32,891 nucleotides of DNA, taken from positions 1 through 32,891 of the forward strand of contig URZR01000001.1 of assembly GCA_900552425.1 (NCBI GenBank), given 5' to 3'. The notes below the pieces were generated by a model, which saw only the letters and a program-made list of their open reading frames with translations, made no database searches and was not told the origin of the DNA. The position numbers were made by a program, and so were the translations under genes. Source of the DNA: an uncultured Collinsella sp. (GTDB lineage Bacteria; Actinomycetota; Coriobacteriia; Coriobacteriales; Coriobacteriaceae). This document shows, piece after piece, positions 9,467 to 18,063 of the stretch (its first letter is position 1; every line of letters begins with the position of its first letter).

Positions 9467-11191
9467 CTACGAGCGCAGTGTAATTTTATCGCGCAGCGAC
9501 TTGAGGTCTTCGGTGACGGTGCGGTCTTCCTGGATCATCTTCTGGACCTTTTTGTAGCTTGTGCTGACGGTCGAGTGGTTGCGGTTGCCAAATTCGGCGC
9601 CTACCGCCGTGGTCGTCATCTCGCACATCTCGATGGCCAGGTAGATAGCGATATGGCGTGCCTTGGCGATATTGGCGTTGCGACGCGGGCCGATGAGCTC
9701 CTCGTGCGTCACGCCGTATTGCTCTTCGATGACGGACTGAACCGTTTGGACGTTGATCTTTTTGGCCGATGTGTCGAAGTACTGGCTGGCGATGGCGTCG
9801 ATATCGTCAAAGGTGAGCTCCCCGCCCTCGCGCTCGCGGTCGCCCGCCTCGCCGGCGCAGCGCTCGCAAAAGCTCTCGAGTTCGCGGATGTTGGTGCCCG
9901 AGACCTCTGCCATGTGTTTAAAGTGCTCGTCGGTCAGGTGCCCGCTGTCGCCCCCATAGGCCGCCAGCAGCGAGTCGTCGCCTGCCTCGGGAGCGGCGAC
10001 GATGGTGTTCTCGTAATAGCGCTGCAAGATCTTGTATTTCATCTCGTAGCTGGGCTCTGCGACCAGGCAGAGCATGCCGGCGTTGAAGCGGCTGGTCAGA
10101 CGCTCGTCCATGCTCAGGTCTTTGGGAGCGCGGTCGGCTGCGATGACGACTTTTTTGTTGTTGCGGATAAACTCGTCCATGAGCTGGAAAAAGTAGTCCA
10201 CGCTCGCGCGCTTGCCGATGATGTTTTGGATGTCGTCGATGATGAGCACGTCCACGCCGTGGTACGCCTGCATGATGGGGGCGTTGCTCTTCTTTTGGCG
10301 GTCGAACTCGGTCATCAGGTCGTCCAGATATGCCTGGGAGTTGGCATACTTGACCTTGATCTCGGGCGACTTCTCGGCGAGCTCGTTTTTGATGGCAAGC
10401 AGCAGGTGCGTCTTGCCCAGGCCCGATTTGCCGTAGATGAACAACGATGTGCACGTGCCGCGCTCGTCCGCGAGGGCGGCAAACTTGAGTGCCGAGCGAT
10501 AGGCATGGCTGTTCTCGGGGCCGTAGACAAAGTTCTCAAAGGTAAATTTTGAGTTCGCGGCGAGCGGGGCTCCATCCGTATTCTGCTCGGCCGGCACGGT
10601 CGGTGCTGGCACGGGTGAAGCGGGGGCCGCAGCTTGCGTGGATTTAGCCGGCGCTCCGCCCTTCATCTGGTTCATCATGCGACGAAAATCATCGGCCGAG
10701 AGTGTGTTCTTGATTGCAATGCCCGAATCCGCGCTCGCCGCTGCGTCGTGAGCGATGGGCATGTGCGTGACGGGTGCGTTCGCTGGCGCCGCCGCCGCGG
10801 TCGGCAACGGTGCCATGGTTTCACGGGAAACATCGCTGTGCTGGTGCTCGATTGTCGGCACGTCGCCTGCGGAGGCCGGCACCGCCGGGGAAGCAGCGGG
10901 AGCCGCGGCGGCCGCCGTCGCGGCAGCGGATTCGGCCGTTGCGCCTTGCGGTGCCACGATATCGAGCGCGATCGGCGCAAAGGCGATTTCTTCCAGATAG
11001 GCCTCAATAGTCGGCTGATGCTTTTTGAGCTGCGCGATGGCAAAGCGCGAGGGCGCCTCGATCGTGAGCGTATCTTCGGTCAGGCTTATAGCGCGCGATT
11101 GCCCCAGCATGTTGATGAGGCGTGCATCTTGGCCGTCGCGCTGGCAAAAGGCGATGGCATCCCCCAGGATGATGCTTGCTTCCTCGTCCAC
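9467..11191 (-). CDS. dnaA: Chromosomal replication initiator DnaA
   Basis: FTFENFV, Walker A GKSGLGKT, Walker B LIIDDIQ, ERLTSRF, NIRELE, ARHIAIYL, RNHSTV. Confidence 0.96.
   Translation of the reverse strand: MDEEASIILGDAIAFCQRDGQDARLINMLGQSRAISLTEDTLTIEAPSRFAIAQLKKHQPTIEAYLEEIAFAPIALDIVAPQGATAESAAATAAAAAPAASPAVPASAGDVPTIEHQHSDVSRETMAPLPTAAAAPANAPVTHMPIAHDAAASADSGIAIKNTLSADDFRRMMNQMKGGAPAKSTQAAAPASPVPAPTVPAEQNTDGAPLAANSKFTFENFVYGPENSHAYRSALKFAALADERGTCTSLFIYGKSGLGKTHLLLAIKNELAEKSPEIKVKYANSQAYLDDLMTEFDRQKKSNAPIMQAYHGVDVLIIDDIQNIIGKRASVDYFFQLMDEFIRNNKKVVIAADRAPKDLSMDERLTSRFNAGMLCLVAEPSYEMKYKILQRYYENTIVAAPEAGDDSLLAAYGGDSGHLTDEHFKHMAEVSGTNIRELESFCERCAGEAGDREREGGELTFDDIDAIASQYFDTSAKKINVQTVQSVIEEQYGVTHEELIGPRRNANIAKARHIAIYLAIEMCEMTTTAVGAEFGNRNHSTVSTSYKKVQKMIQEDRTVTEDLKSLRDKITLRS
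10817..10832. promoter_or_regulatory. parS-like site inside dnaA
   Basis: GGTTTCACGGGAAACA, 14/16 match to TGTTTCACGTGAAACA. Confidence 0.55.
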
Positions 11192-11206
11192 TGTCTCTCC
11201 CGTTCT

Positions 11207-12559
11207 TTAGCTCTGAGCTCGCACGCGAGCGGCGCCGAGTTCGGTCAGATGGTATTTCTGGCCATGCTTGATGACCAAGCCGGCCTGCGCCAAGTCATTG
11301 AGCGTGCGTGACCAAGTGGGGGCCGAGTTTCCAAACGCCCTCGCCAGATCGGTTGCGCCGCACGCTTGATTTTGCGCCAGATAGCCTAGCGCGGCGTTGC
11401 CGCGATCGCTTACGAACACGTCCGGTTGTGGCTGCGCATACTGATTTGCTGCATTAGGATACATCATTTGAGCTGCTGGTTGTTGAGAACTCTGCATGGT
11501 CGGCATCTGCTGTTGAAAACTTTGGGGCCACTGTTGGTAAGGCTGCGGAGGCATCTGCTGGGCCCAGGGGTTGTACTGCTGCTGCGGCATCTGCTGGTAC
11601 GGCTGCTGATATCCCTGCTGGTACTGCTGCGGGAACTGCTGGCCATACCCCAGTGGCGGCATCTGCTGATATGGATATCCCTGATGGTACGGCTGATAGC
11701 CCATTTGTTGGCCACCCGGTGCCCCCGTCGCCTGCTGCATTGCTGCTGCATCCTGATCCGCCAGCGGCATGGCCTCTGGCATGTTTGGCGGCATCGACAT
11801 CGATGCCGCCTGGGGCTCTTGTGTAGGAAGTATTCCGGGCTGCTGCATCTGCCCCACGGGGGGCTGCATCTGCTGCGTTGCCATGGGCTGCTGCGCAAAA
11901 GCTCCCGGCAGGGGATATGTGGGCTGCTCCGTCTCGGGTCGCACGGCTGCCCCGCGCCCGCCGGCACGCTCGATTTCCTGCACGCGCTTGGGGTTCAGAC
12001 TTACCGTCACGACGGTGCCGTTGCCCATGTTGTCCTCGATGGAGACGGCGCCGCCGGCGTTTTCCAAGTACTCCTGTACCATGGGAAACCCGGCGCCGGT
12101 GCCGCGGATATACCGTTTCATCTTGCTGTTTGCGCTGGTTACGCCAAAATCGAAGGCACGCTCTTTGTCGTCGATGCCCGGACCCTGATCGGCAAAGCGG
12201 ATGGTATCGCCACCGTCGAGAATCGAGATGATGGGCTCTGCAAAATGCGCGTGGATAAAGTTTTCGACAATCTCGCGGATAACCATCAGCGAGATGCGTC
12301 CTCCCTGCTCTTTCATGCACTGGTAGACGGTGTTGGTTGTCTCTTCCAAGTAGGTACGGACGTCTTGCGGTTCGATGACGATGACACGCGGTGTCGACAG
12401 CATGTCATCGTAGACCGCGATGCGCGCTGCATACATGGCTTTTGGCGCCTGCGTGGTCGTCTGCTCGCCTTCCTCACGCTCTTCGCGCACGCCGGTGATG
12501 TGCTCGTTGTCGGGTGCCGGGTCTCCGGAATCGACCATGGTGTAAAAGTCGTCAGACAT
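11207..12559 (-). CDS. GHKL (HATPase)-type ATP-binding protein with a Q/P-rich linker and C-terminal winged helix; function unknown
   Basis: N box REIVENFIHA, G1 DQGPGI, F box AFDFGVTS, G2 GTGAGF, GTVVTV. C-terminal GATDLARAFGNSAPTWSRTLNDLAQAGLVIKHGQKYHLTELG is a wHTH pattern. Confidence 0.8.
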   Translation of the reverse strand: MSDDFYTMVDSGDPAPDNEHITGVREEREEGEQTTTQAPKAMYAARIAVYDDMLSTPRVIVIEPQDVRTYLEETTNTVYQCMKEQGGRISLMVIREIVENFIHAHFAEPIISILDGGDTIRFADQGPGIDDKERAFDFGVTSANSKMKRYIRGTGAGFPMVQEYLENAGGAVSIEDNMGNGTVVTVSLNPKRVQEIERAGGRGAAVRPETEQPTYPLPGAFAQQPMATQQMQPPVGQMQQPGILPTQEPQAASMSMPPNMPEAMPLADQDAAAMQQATGAPGGQQMGYQPYHQGYPYQQMPPLGYGQQFPQQYQQGYQQPYQQMPQQQYNPWAQQMPPQPYQQWPQSFQQQMPTMQSSQQPAAQMMYPNAANQYAQPQPDVFVSDRGNAALGYLAQNQACGATDLARAFGNSAPTWSRTLNDLAQAGLVIKHGQKYHLTELGAARVRAQS

Positions 12560-12730
12560 GCCGCTCGCAATCTTTCAAAAGGTTTCGAACAAATAGTAGC
12601 TCACCGTGCAATGTTTCTCATCTTTCGACAACTTTTCAAAACCTGTTGAAAACTTTGGAAAACGGACGAAAAGTTCTCAACATTGCCAATATGACCTGTT
12701 GAAAACTCGATGAAATATCGTGAAAAGTTG
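12560..12730. promoter_or_regulatory. Upstream cluster of DnaA-box-like sites
   Basis: TGTTGAAAA at 12644-12652 and 12697-12705, TTCTCAACA at 12674-12682, CTTTCGACA at 12622-12630, in AT-rich intergenic DNA. Confidence 0.65.
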
Positions 12731-12802
12731 CTATGCACCGCTAAATCGAGCTCGGCTTATGGGGGAACCGTGTGAACTGCGCAACCTTTTACCTTTGATT
12801 TC

Positions 12803-12832
12803 TTGACATTTGAACATTGATTTCCCTACAAT
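12803..12832 (+). promoter_or_regulatory. Promoter of the rpmH operon
   Basis: TTGACA-N18-TACAAT. Confidence 0.7.
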
Positions 12833-12904
12833 CTTCAAGCTCACGTGTCTATATCTGCGTCCGCGCCCCCGCGGACACTCGAAATGCAGCAGGAGGAACT
12901 TAAG

Positions 12905-13039
12905 ATGAAGCGTACGTATCAGCCTAATAAGCGTAAGCGTGCCAAGACCCATGGCTTCCGTGCCCGTATGGCCACTAAGGGTGGTCGTGCCGTGCTCGCC
13001 CGTCGTCGCGCCAAGGGCCGCAAGCGTCTCACTGTCTAG
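12905..13039 (+). CDS. rpmH: 50S ribosomal protein L34
   Basis: [53 protein letters not shown]. Confidence 0.99.
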   Translation: MKRTYQPNKRKRAKTHGFRARMATKGGRAVLARRRAKGRKRLTV

Positions 13040-13059
13040 CAGCGATACACACATCTCGC

Positions 13060-13398
13060 ATGAAGACTATTAAGTCTCGGCAAGATTTCGAGCATGTGTT
13101 CAGTCAGGGGCGTCGTTTCAATCACCCTCTGATTCGAATGACCATATGTGAATCGGTTGGCGAAGGCGACTCCGGAAGGGTCGCCTTCGTTGGTGCTAAA
13201 CGGCTCGGTTGTGCTGTCGTGCGCAACCGTTCTAAGCGTGTGATGCGCGAGGCCGCCCGCAGCTGTGGATTTCCCGTTGCGGGTTATGACATCATCTTGT
13301 TCGCAACTCCCAAGACGAGGGTTTCTTCGCCTCAGGAGATGGACAATGCATTGCGTTCGCTTATGAAACGCGCCGGCGTTGCCGGGGAGGAGCGATGA
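13060..13398 (+). CDS. rnpA: Ribonuclease P protein component
   Basis: KRLGCAVVRNRSKR (RNR motif); follows rpmH. Confidence 0.95.
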   Translation: MKTIKSRQDFEHVFSQGRRFNHPLIRMTICESVGEGDSGRVAFVGAKRLGCAVVRNRSKRVMREAARSCGFPVAGYDIILFATPKTRVSSPQEMDNALRSLMKRAGVAGEER

Positions 13399-13619
13399 GC
13401 AATCACGTTTTGCGACGTGTTGCCATCGCTCCTATTCGCATATATCAACAGGTTATTTCGCCCTTATTGCCTGACGCCTGCATTTATTACCCAACGTGCT
13501 CGCAATACGCCGTCCAGGCGATTGAGAAGTACGGTGTTTTGAGAGGCTGCTGGCTTGCCGTGAGGCGCATCGCTCGCTGCAATCCCCTGCACGTCGGCGG
13601 TTATGACCCTGTGCCCTAG
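13395..13619 (+). CDS. yidD: Membrane protein insertion efficiency factor
   Basis: YQQVISP..CIYYPTCSQYA..RIARCNP..GGYDPVP. Confidence 0.96.
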   Translation: MSNHVLRRVAIAPIRIYQQVISPLLPDACIYYPTCSQYAVQAIEKYGVLRGCWLAVRRIARCNPLHVGGYDPVP

Positions 13620-13648
13620 CGGGCACTCGCTATCGGAGGAAAACTTAC

Positions 13649-14419
13649 ATGTGGGATTGGATCGTTAACATCCTTTTCGAGCTGCTCAAGCTCATCCAGA
13701 CCTTTGCGGTCGACTGGGGCCTGTCCATCATCATCCTGGTGGTCATCATCCGTCTGCTGCTGACGCCGCTTATGCTCAAGTCGACTAAGTCGACGGCACG
13801 CATGCAGGTGCTGCAGCCCAAGATGCTCGAGATCCAGGAGCGCTATGCCGACGATCCCCAGCGTCAGGCCGAGGAAATGCAGAAGTTCTACAGCGAGAAC
13901 AAGTTCAACCCGATGGCTGGTTGTCTGCCGCTGTTGATTCAGATGCCTGTCCTGTTCGCCCTATTTACGCTGCTGCGTAACCTGCCGGACTACTTTAACG
14001 ACGGCACGTTCTCGTTCTTTAATATTCTGCCCGACCTGACCACCACGCCGAGTGCCTCCTTTGCCGATGGCTTTATGGTCGCGCTGCCTGCGCTGGTCTG
14101 CCTGATCCTGTTCGCTGTCCTGACCCTGATTCCGCAACTCTATATGTCGCGCAACCAGACCGGCCAGCAGGCTCAGAGCATGCGTATGATGGCCGTTGTC
14201 ATGACGGTCATGATGCTTTGGATGGGCTGGAGCCTTCCCGTTGGTGTTCTGCTGTACTACGACGTCTCGTCTGCTTGGCAGGTTATCCAGCAGATTTTTG
14301 TGACGCAGAAGGTCATCGACAAGGCGAAGGCCGATGAGGAGGAGCGCCTTAAGAACGCGCCGCTGCAGGTTGAGGTCACTCGTCGCGAGAAGAAGCCGCG
14401 CCCGCACAAGAAGAAGTAG
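13649..14419 (+). CDS. yidC: YidC/Oxa1 membrane protein insertase
   Basis: WGLSII..IRLLLTPL, NPMAGCLPLLIQMP, several TM helices; synteny. Confidence 0.95.
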   Translation: MWDWIVNILFELLKLIQTFAVDWGLSIIILVVIIRLLLTPLMLKSTKSTARMQVLQPKMLEIQERYADDPQRQAEEMQKFYSENKFNPMAGCLPLLIQMPVLFALFTLLRNLPDYFNDGTFSFFNILPDLTTTPSASFADGFMVALPALVCLILFAVLTLIPQLYMSRNQTGQQAQSMRMMAVVMTVMMLWMGWSLPVGVLLYYDVSSAWQVIQQIFVTQKVIDKAKADEEERLKNAPLQVEVTRREKKPRPHKKK

Positions 14420-14463
14420 CGGGATATCAATCTTATTTAGGTACCTAACTTTTGGAGTACGTT

Positions 14464-15033
14464 ATGTCTGAAGAGATCATCGAGGATATGCTTGAGGAGG
14501 TTGCCCCGCAGGTCGCGGGCGATTATCCCGAGATTGCACAGCGCTACAAGGCCGGTGAAGAGCTGACCGACGAGGAGCTCGACACCATTGCCGATGTCGC
14601 GATTTCCATCCTGCGTTCCATCCTTTCGCACTTCGATGCCGCCAACTCTCCTATCGATGAGTATGAGGGCGACGAGGGTGAGCTGATTCTGGATGTAACG
14701 GCTCCCGACCTTGCTGTTCTCATTGGCCGTCATGGTCGCACCCTTGATGCCCTTCAGGTTATGTTCTCATTGCTGGTGAGCCGCAAGCTCGGCTTTAGAT
14801 ATCCGGTTGTAGTGGACGTCGAGGGATACAAGAGCCGCCGACAGGACAAGGTTGCCTCCATGGCTCAGTCTGCTGCCGAGCGTGCCATCCGCACTCATAA
14901 GAGTGTTTCGCTTCCGCCCATGAATGCCTACGAGCGCCGACTGGTTCACATTGCACTTCGTGGCAATGACGCCGTCGATACTCATTCTGAGGGTTCTGAC
15001 CCCGATCGCCATGTGGTGATTGTTGCTCGATAA
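14464..15033 (+). CDS. jag: Jag/KhpB-like KH-R3H RNA-binding protein
   Basis: KH motif LIGRHGRTLDALQ and R3H motif PMNAYERRLVH. Start placed at ATG 14464 after GGAG. Confidence 0.88.
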   Translation: MSEEIIEDMLEEVAPQVAGDYPEIAQRYKAGEELTDEELDTIADVAISILRSILSHFDAANSPIDEYEGDEGELILDVTAPDLAVLIGRHGRTLDALQVMFSLLVSRKLGFRYPVVVDVEGYKSRRQDKVASMAQSAAERAIRTHKSVSLPPMNAYERRLVHIALRGNDAVDTHSEGSDPDRHVVIVAR

Positions 15034-15052
15034 TCTACTCGAGCTTATGCTT

Positions 15053-15084
15053 AAGGGGACGTGGTTTCCACGTCCCCTTTTTTT
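15053..15084 (+). terminator. Intrinsic terminator after jag
   Basis: AAGGGGACGTGG-TTT-CCACGTCCCCTT followed by a T run. Confidence 0.85.
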
Positions 15085-15130
15085 GTCAAAAGTTCTCGAT
15101 ACACTGATTTTTGTCAGAAAGGAGCTTTCG

Positions 15131-15868
15131 TTGTTAGTACTTACTGATCAGCAGGCTGACGAGATGTTGAGTCGTCTAACTTCCTATTGCAAAGAGTATT
15201 CCTTGAGCGTAACTGATGTTGAGCTGAGGAAATGTATTCAGCATTTGGATTTGGTTCTGGAAACAAATAAGACAACCAATCTCACCCGTATTCTTAACAT
15301 AGAAGATGCTGCGGTACTACATATCCTCGACTCTCTTGTTTTGCTCCCTTATATCAATAAGGCTCCTGAGGGAGCTTTGCTCGATATGGGAACAGGTGCG
15401 GGCTTCCCCGGTATTCCTTTAACCATAACCACGCATCGTAAAGCTACTTATATTGACTCTGTTGGCAAGAAGGTTGATGCTGTCAATTCTTTTGTCCATG
15501 CTCTTGGATTGAAACATGCTCATGCCGTTCATGATCGTCTTGAAGAATATGCTCGAAGCCATAAGAAGCAGTTCTCTGTCGTAACCGCCCGCGCACTGGC
15601 CCCTCTACCGATTCTTGTTGAGTATGCGGCTCCGTTCATCAAGGATGGAGGTCTATTTGTTATCACCAAGGGTAATCCTTCGGATGAGGAGCTTGCTTCC
15701 GGCATGTCAGCAGCTAAGATTTGCGGCTTCACTTTGCTTCTGAATGACGCAATCGATTTGCCTGAGGGCTTGGGCCACAGGGAGTTCATTGTTCTTAAGA
15801 AGAGTCATCCAGCATCCGTTTCATTGCCTCGTGCAAATGGCATGGCAAAGAAGAATCCGCTTGCCTAG
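15131..15868 (+). CDS. rsmG: 16S rRNA m7G527 methyltransferase
   Basis: NLTRI, HILDSL, LDMGTGAGFPGIPL, VTARA. Start placed at TTG 15131 after AAGGAG. Confidence 0.93.
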   Translation: MLVLTDQQADEMLSRLTSYCKEYSLSVTDVELRKCIQHLDLVLETNKTTNLTRILNIEDAAVLHILDSLVLLPYINKAPEGALLDMGTGAGFPGIPLTITTHRKATYIDSVGKKVDAVNSFVHALGLKHAHAVHDRLEEYARSHKKQFSVVTARALAPLPILVEYAAPFIKDGGLFVITKGNPSDEELASGMSAAKICGFTLLLNDAIDLPEGLGHREFIVLKKSHPASVSLPRANGMAKKNPLA

Positions 15869-15869
15869 A

Positions 15870-15962
15870 TGTTTCACGTGAAACATAATGGATACTACAA
15901 CTTGCAGTGTTTCACGTGAAACATGGCGGTTGATATCGAATCGGAATGTTTCACGTGAAACA
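15870..15962. promoter_or_regulatory. Three perfect parS sites
   Basis: TGTTTCACGTGAAACA at 15870-15885, 15908-15923 and 15947-15962. Confidence 0.95.
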
Positions 15963-16001
15963 TCCTCCGTTTGACAGCTTTAATACACACCAGGAGGGAC
16001 C

Positions 16002-16802
16002 GTGGGATTTCGCGACGTTAAGCGTTCTAAGAGCGCAAAAGACACGCGTATCATTGCAATCATCAATCAAAAAGGCGGCGTCGGTAAGTCAACGACGGCT
16101 GTAAACCTTGCAGCAGCACTGGGTGAGCAGGGTCGTAAGACACTGATTGTCGATTTTGATCCGCAGGGAAACAGTACCAGTGGATTTGGAATTGAAAAAG
16201 AAGACCTTGATCACTGCATCTATGATGCATTGTTGAATGATGTGCCGGCAGAATCGCTTGTTCTTGATACAAATTGCAAAAAGGTATTCGTAATTCCAGC
16301 TACGATTCAGCTTGCAGGTGCCGAAATTGAGCTCGTAAGCGCAATTGCTCGTGAAACCCGCCTCAAAGATTTGCTTGAGCCGATTCAGGACGAGTTCGAT
16401 TTTATTTTCATTGACTGTCCTCCTTCGCTCGGCCTGCTTACTATCAATGCCCTGACCGCAGCAGATAGCGTTTTGATTCCAATCCAGTGTGAGTATTACG
16501 CACTCGAGGGCGTTACGAAGCTGCTTGAGTCAATGAAGATGGTCAAATCACGTCTGAACAAGGGCTTAGACACCTATGGCGTGCTTATGACCATGTATGA
16601 CTCGCGTACTTCTCTGTCGAATCAGGTTGTTGAGGAGGTTCAATCGTACTTTGGTGATAAGGCATTTAAGACGCTAATCCCCCGTACGGTTAAAATCTCC
16701 GAAGCTCCGTCTTTTGGAGAACCGGTAATTACCTATGCACCTCAAAATAAGGGTGCAAAAGCGTATATGAACCTTGCAAAAGAGGTGATCAAGCGTGCCT
16801 AG
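16002..16802 (+). CDS. parA: ParA/Soj partition ATPase
   Basis: NQKGGVGKSTT, DFDPQGN, IDCPPSLG, IQCEYYALEG, EAPSFG. Confidence 0.96.
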   Translation: MGFRDVKRSKSAKDTRIIAIINQKGGVGKSTTAVNLAAALGEQGRKTLIVDFDPQGNSTSGFGIEKEDLDHCIYDALLNDVPAESLVLDTNCKKVFVIPATIQLAGAEIELVSAIARETRLKDLLEPIQDEFDFIFIDCPPSLGLLTINALTAADSVLIPIQCEYYALEGVTKLLESMKMVKSRLNKGLDTYGVLMTMYDSRTSLSNQVVEEVQSYFGDKAFKTLIPRTVKISEAPSFGEPVITYAPQNKGAKAYMNLAKEVIKRA

Positions 16803-17700
16803 TGCAAAGAAACGTGGCGGATTAGGACGTGGTCTCAATGCTTTGGTCTCAGAGGCCGAATATGAGACCGGTGGTTCGGCTGCATCTGCTTCAAATGCCG
16901 CATCTGTAACAAAACTACCTATTGAGGATATCGTTCCCAACCCTAATCAACCGCGAATTCAGTTTAATGAAACTGAACTTCGCGAGTTGAGCGAGTCAAT
17001 CCAAGAGCATGGCGTTTTGCAGCCGCTCTTGGTTCGCAAGCATGGAAACGGCTATGAGATTATCGCTGGTGAGCGTCGTTACCAGGCGTCAAAGCTTGCT
17101 GGTCTTGAGGAGCTGCCTGTCATCATTAAAGATGTTAATGATGAAGAGATGCTGGCTCTTGCTCTTATCGAAAACCTTCAGCGTTCTGATCTGAATCCCG
17201 TCGAAGAGGCTAAGGGCTATCGCCAGCTCATTGATGCCAGCGGTATGACCCAGGAGGCATTGTCGAAGGCAGTAAGCAAGTCACGCTCTGCAATTACAAA
17301 TTCGTTGCGCCTTCTCGATCTCCCCGAAGTAGTTCAGCAGATGATTTTTGAGGGTAAACTTACTGCTGGTCATGCACGTGCGATTCTTGCAGTTCCCTAT
17401 GAGGATGCTCGAATTCGACTTGCAGAAAAGGTTGTTGCAGAGGGCCTTTCCGTAAGAGCGACAGAAAATCTTGCTTCATTGTTTTCTGCCGGAGAGACGC
17501 CTAAGACGCCGAGGCCTGCAACGCCTCAGTCTTTTAAAAAGGCTGCCCGTGTGCTTCGCCAGGTATTTAATACCAACGTGCGTGTGAAGAGCTCGCGTGG
17601 AAAGAATAAGATTGAAATTGAGTTTAAAGACGAAGAAGAGCTTTCTCGTATTCTTGGTGAAATGATTCAGTTTGATCAAGGGGGCCAAGATGAGGAATAA
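16795..17700 (+). CDS. parB: ParB/Spo0J partition protein
   Basis: GLGRGL, PNPNQPR, IAGERR, ENLQRSDLNPVEEA, HTH region. Confidence 0.96.
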   Translation: MPSAKKRGGLGRGLNALVSEAEYETGGSAASASNAASVTKLPIEDIVPNPNQPRIQFNETELRELSESIQEHGVLQPLLVRKHGNGYEIIAGERRYQASKLAGLEELPVIIKDVNDEEMLALALIENLQRSDLNPVEEAKGYRQLIDASGMTQEALSKAVSKSRSAITNSLRLLDLPEVVQQMIFEGKLTAGHARAILAVPYEDARIRLAEKVVAEGLSVRATENLASLFSAGETPKTPRPATPQSFKKAARVLRQVFNTNVRVKSSRGKNKIEIEFKDEEELSRILGEMIQFDQGGQDEE

Positions 17701-17944
17701 GATTATAACTGCGATTGCATTGGCGACGACTGTCGCGGCTGGTGCCTTTGCTGGCTATAAGATCGCGACAGACGATGAACTTCGGGGTCGTTTGCTTCGT
17801 AGCGCGCAAGATATCGTCGATACTTCAAAGAAGAAAATGGATGTTATGACAGAAGATGTTGCCATGCGTACTGCTCAGGTAACGAAGAATCCCAAGATTA
17901 ATCAAGGTTGGGTTAGCAACCAATGGGAAAATGTAGGCTATTAG
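17690..17944 (+). CDS. Small membrane-anchored hypothetical protein
   Basis: ATG overlaps the parB end; N-terminal hydrophobic helix followed by a helical tail; terminator downstream. Confidence 0.7.
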   Translation: MRNKIITAIALATTVAAGAFAGYKIATDDELRGRLLRSAQDIVDTSKKKMDVMTEDVAMRTAQVTKNPKINQGWVSNQWENVGY

Positions 17945-17974
17945 GTACCTAACAATTACCCTGCATATTTTGAG

Positions 17975-18014
17975 GGGCCCTTGTCTGATTCATGAGACAA
18001 GGGCCCTTTATTTT
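17975..18014 (+). terminator. Terminator of the parAB operon
   Basis: GGGCCCTTGTCT/AGACAAGGGCCC stem followed by TTTATTTT. Confidence 0.8.
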
Positions 18015-18063
18015 GTCCGTAAAAAATGGGAAAGGTAGCAGTTGGTCCAAAATTGAGGTCGAT

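Noticed and set aside
15870..15962. Regularly spaced repeat resembling a mini-CRISPR
   Set aside because: The repeat is the 16-bp parS consensus next to parAB, and no cas genes are present.
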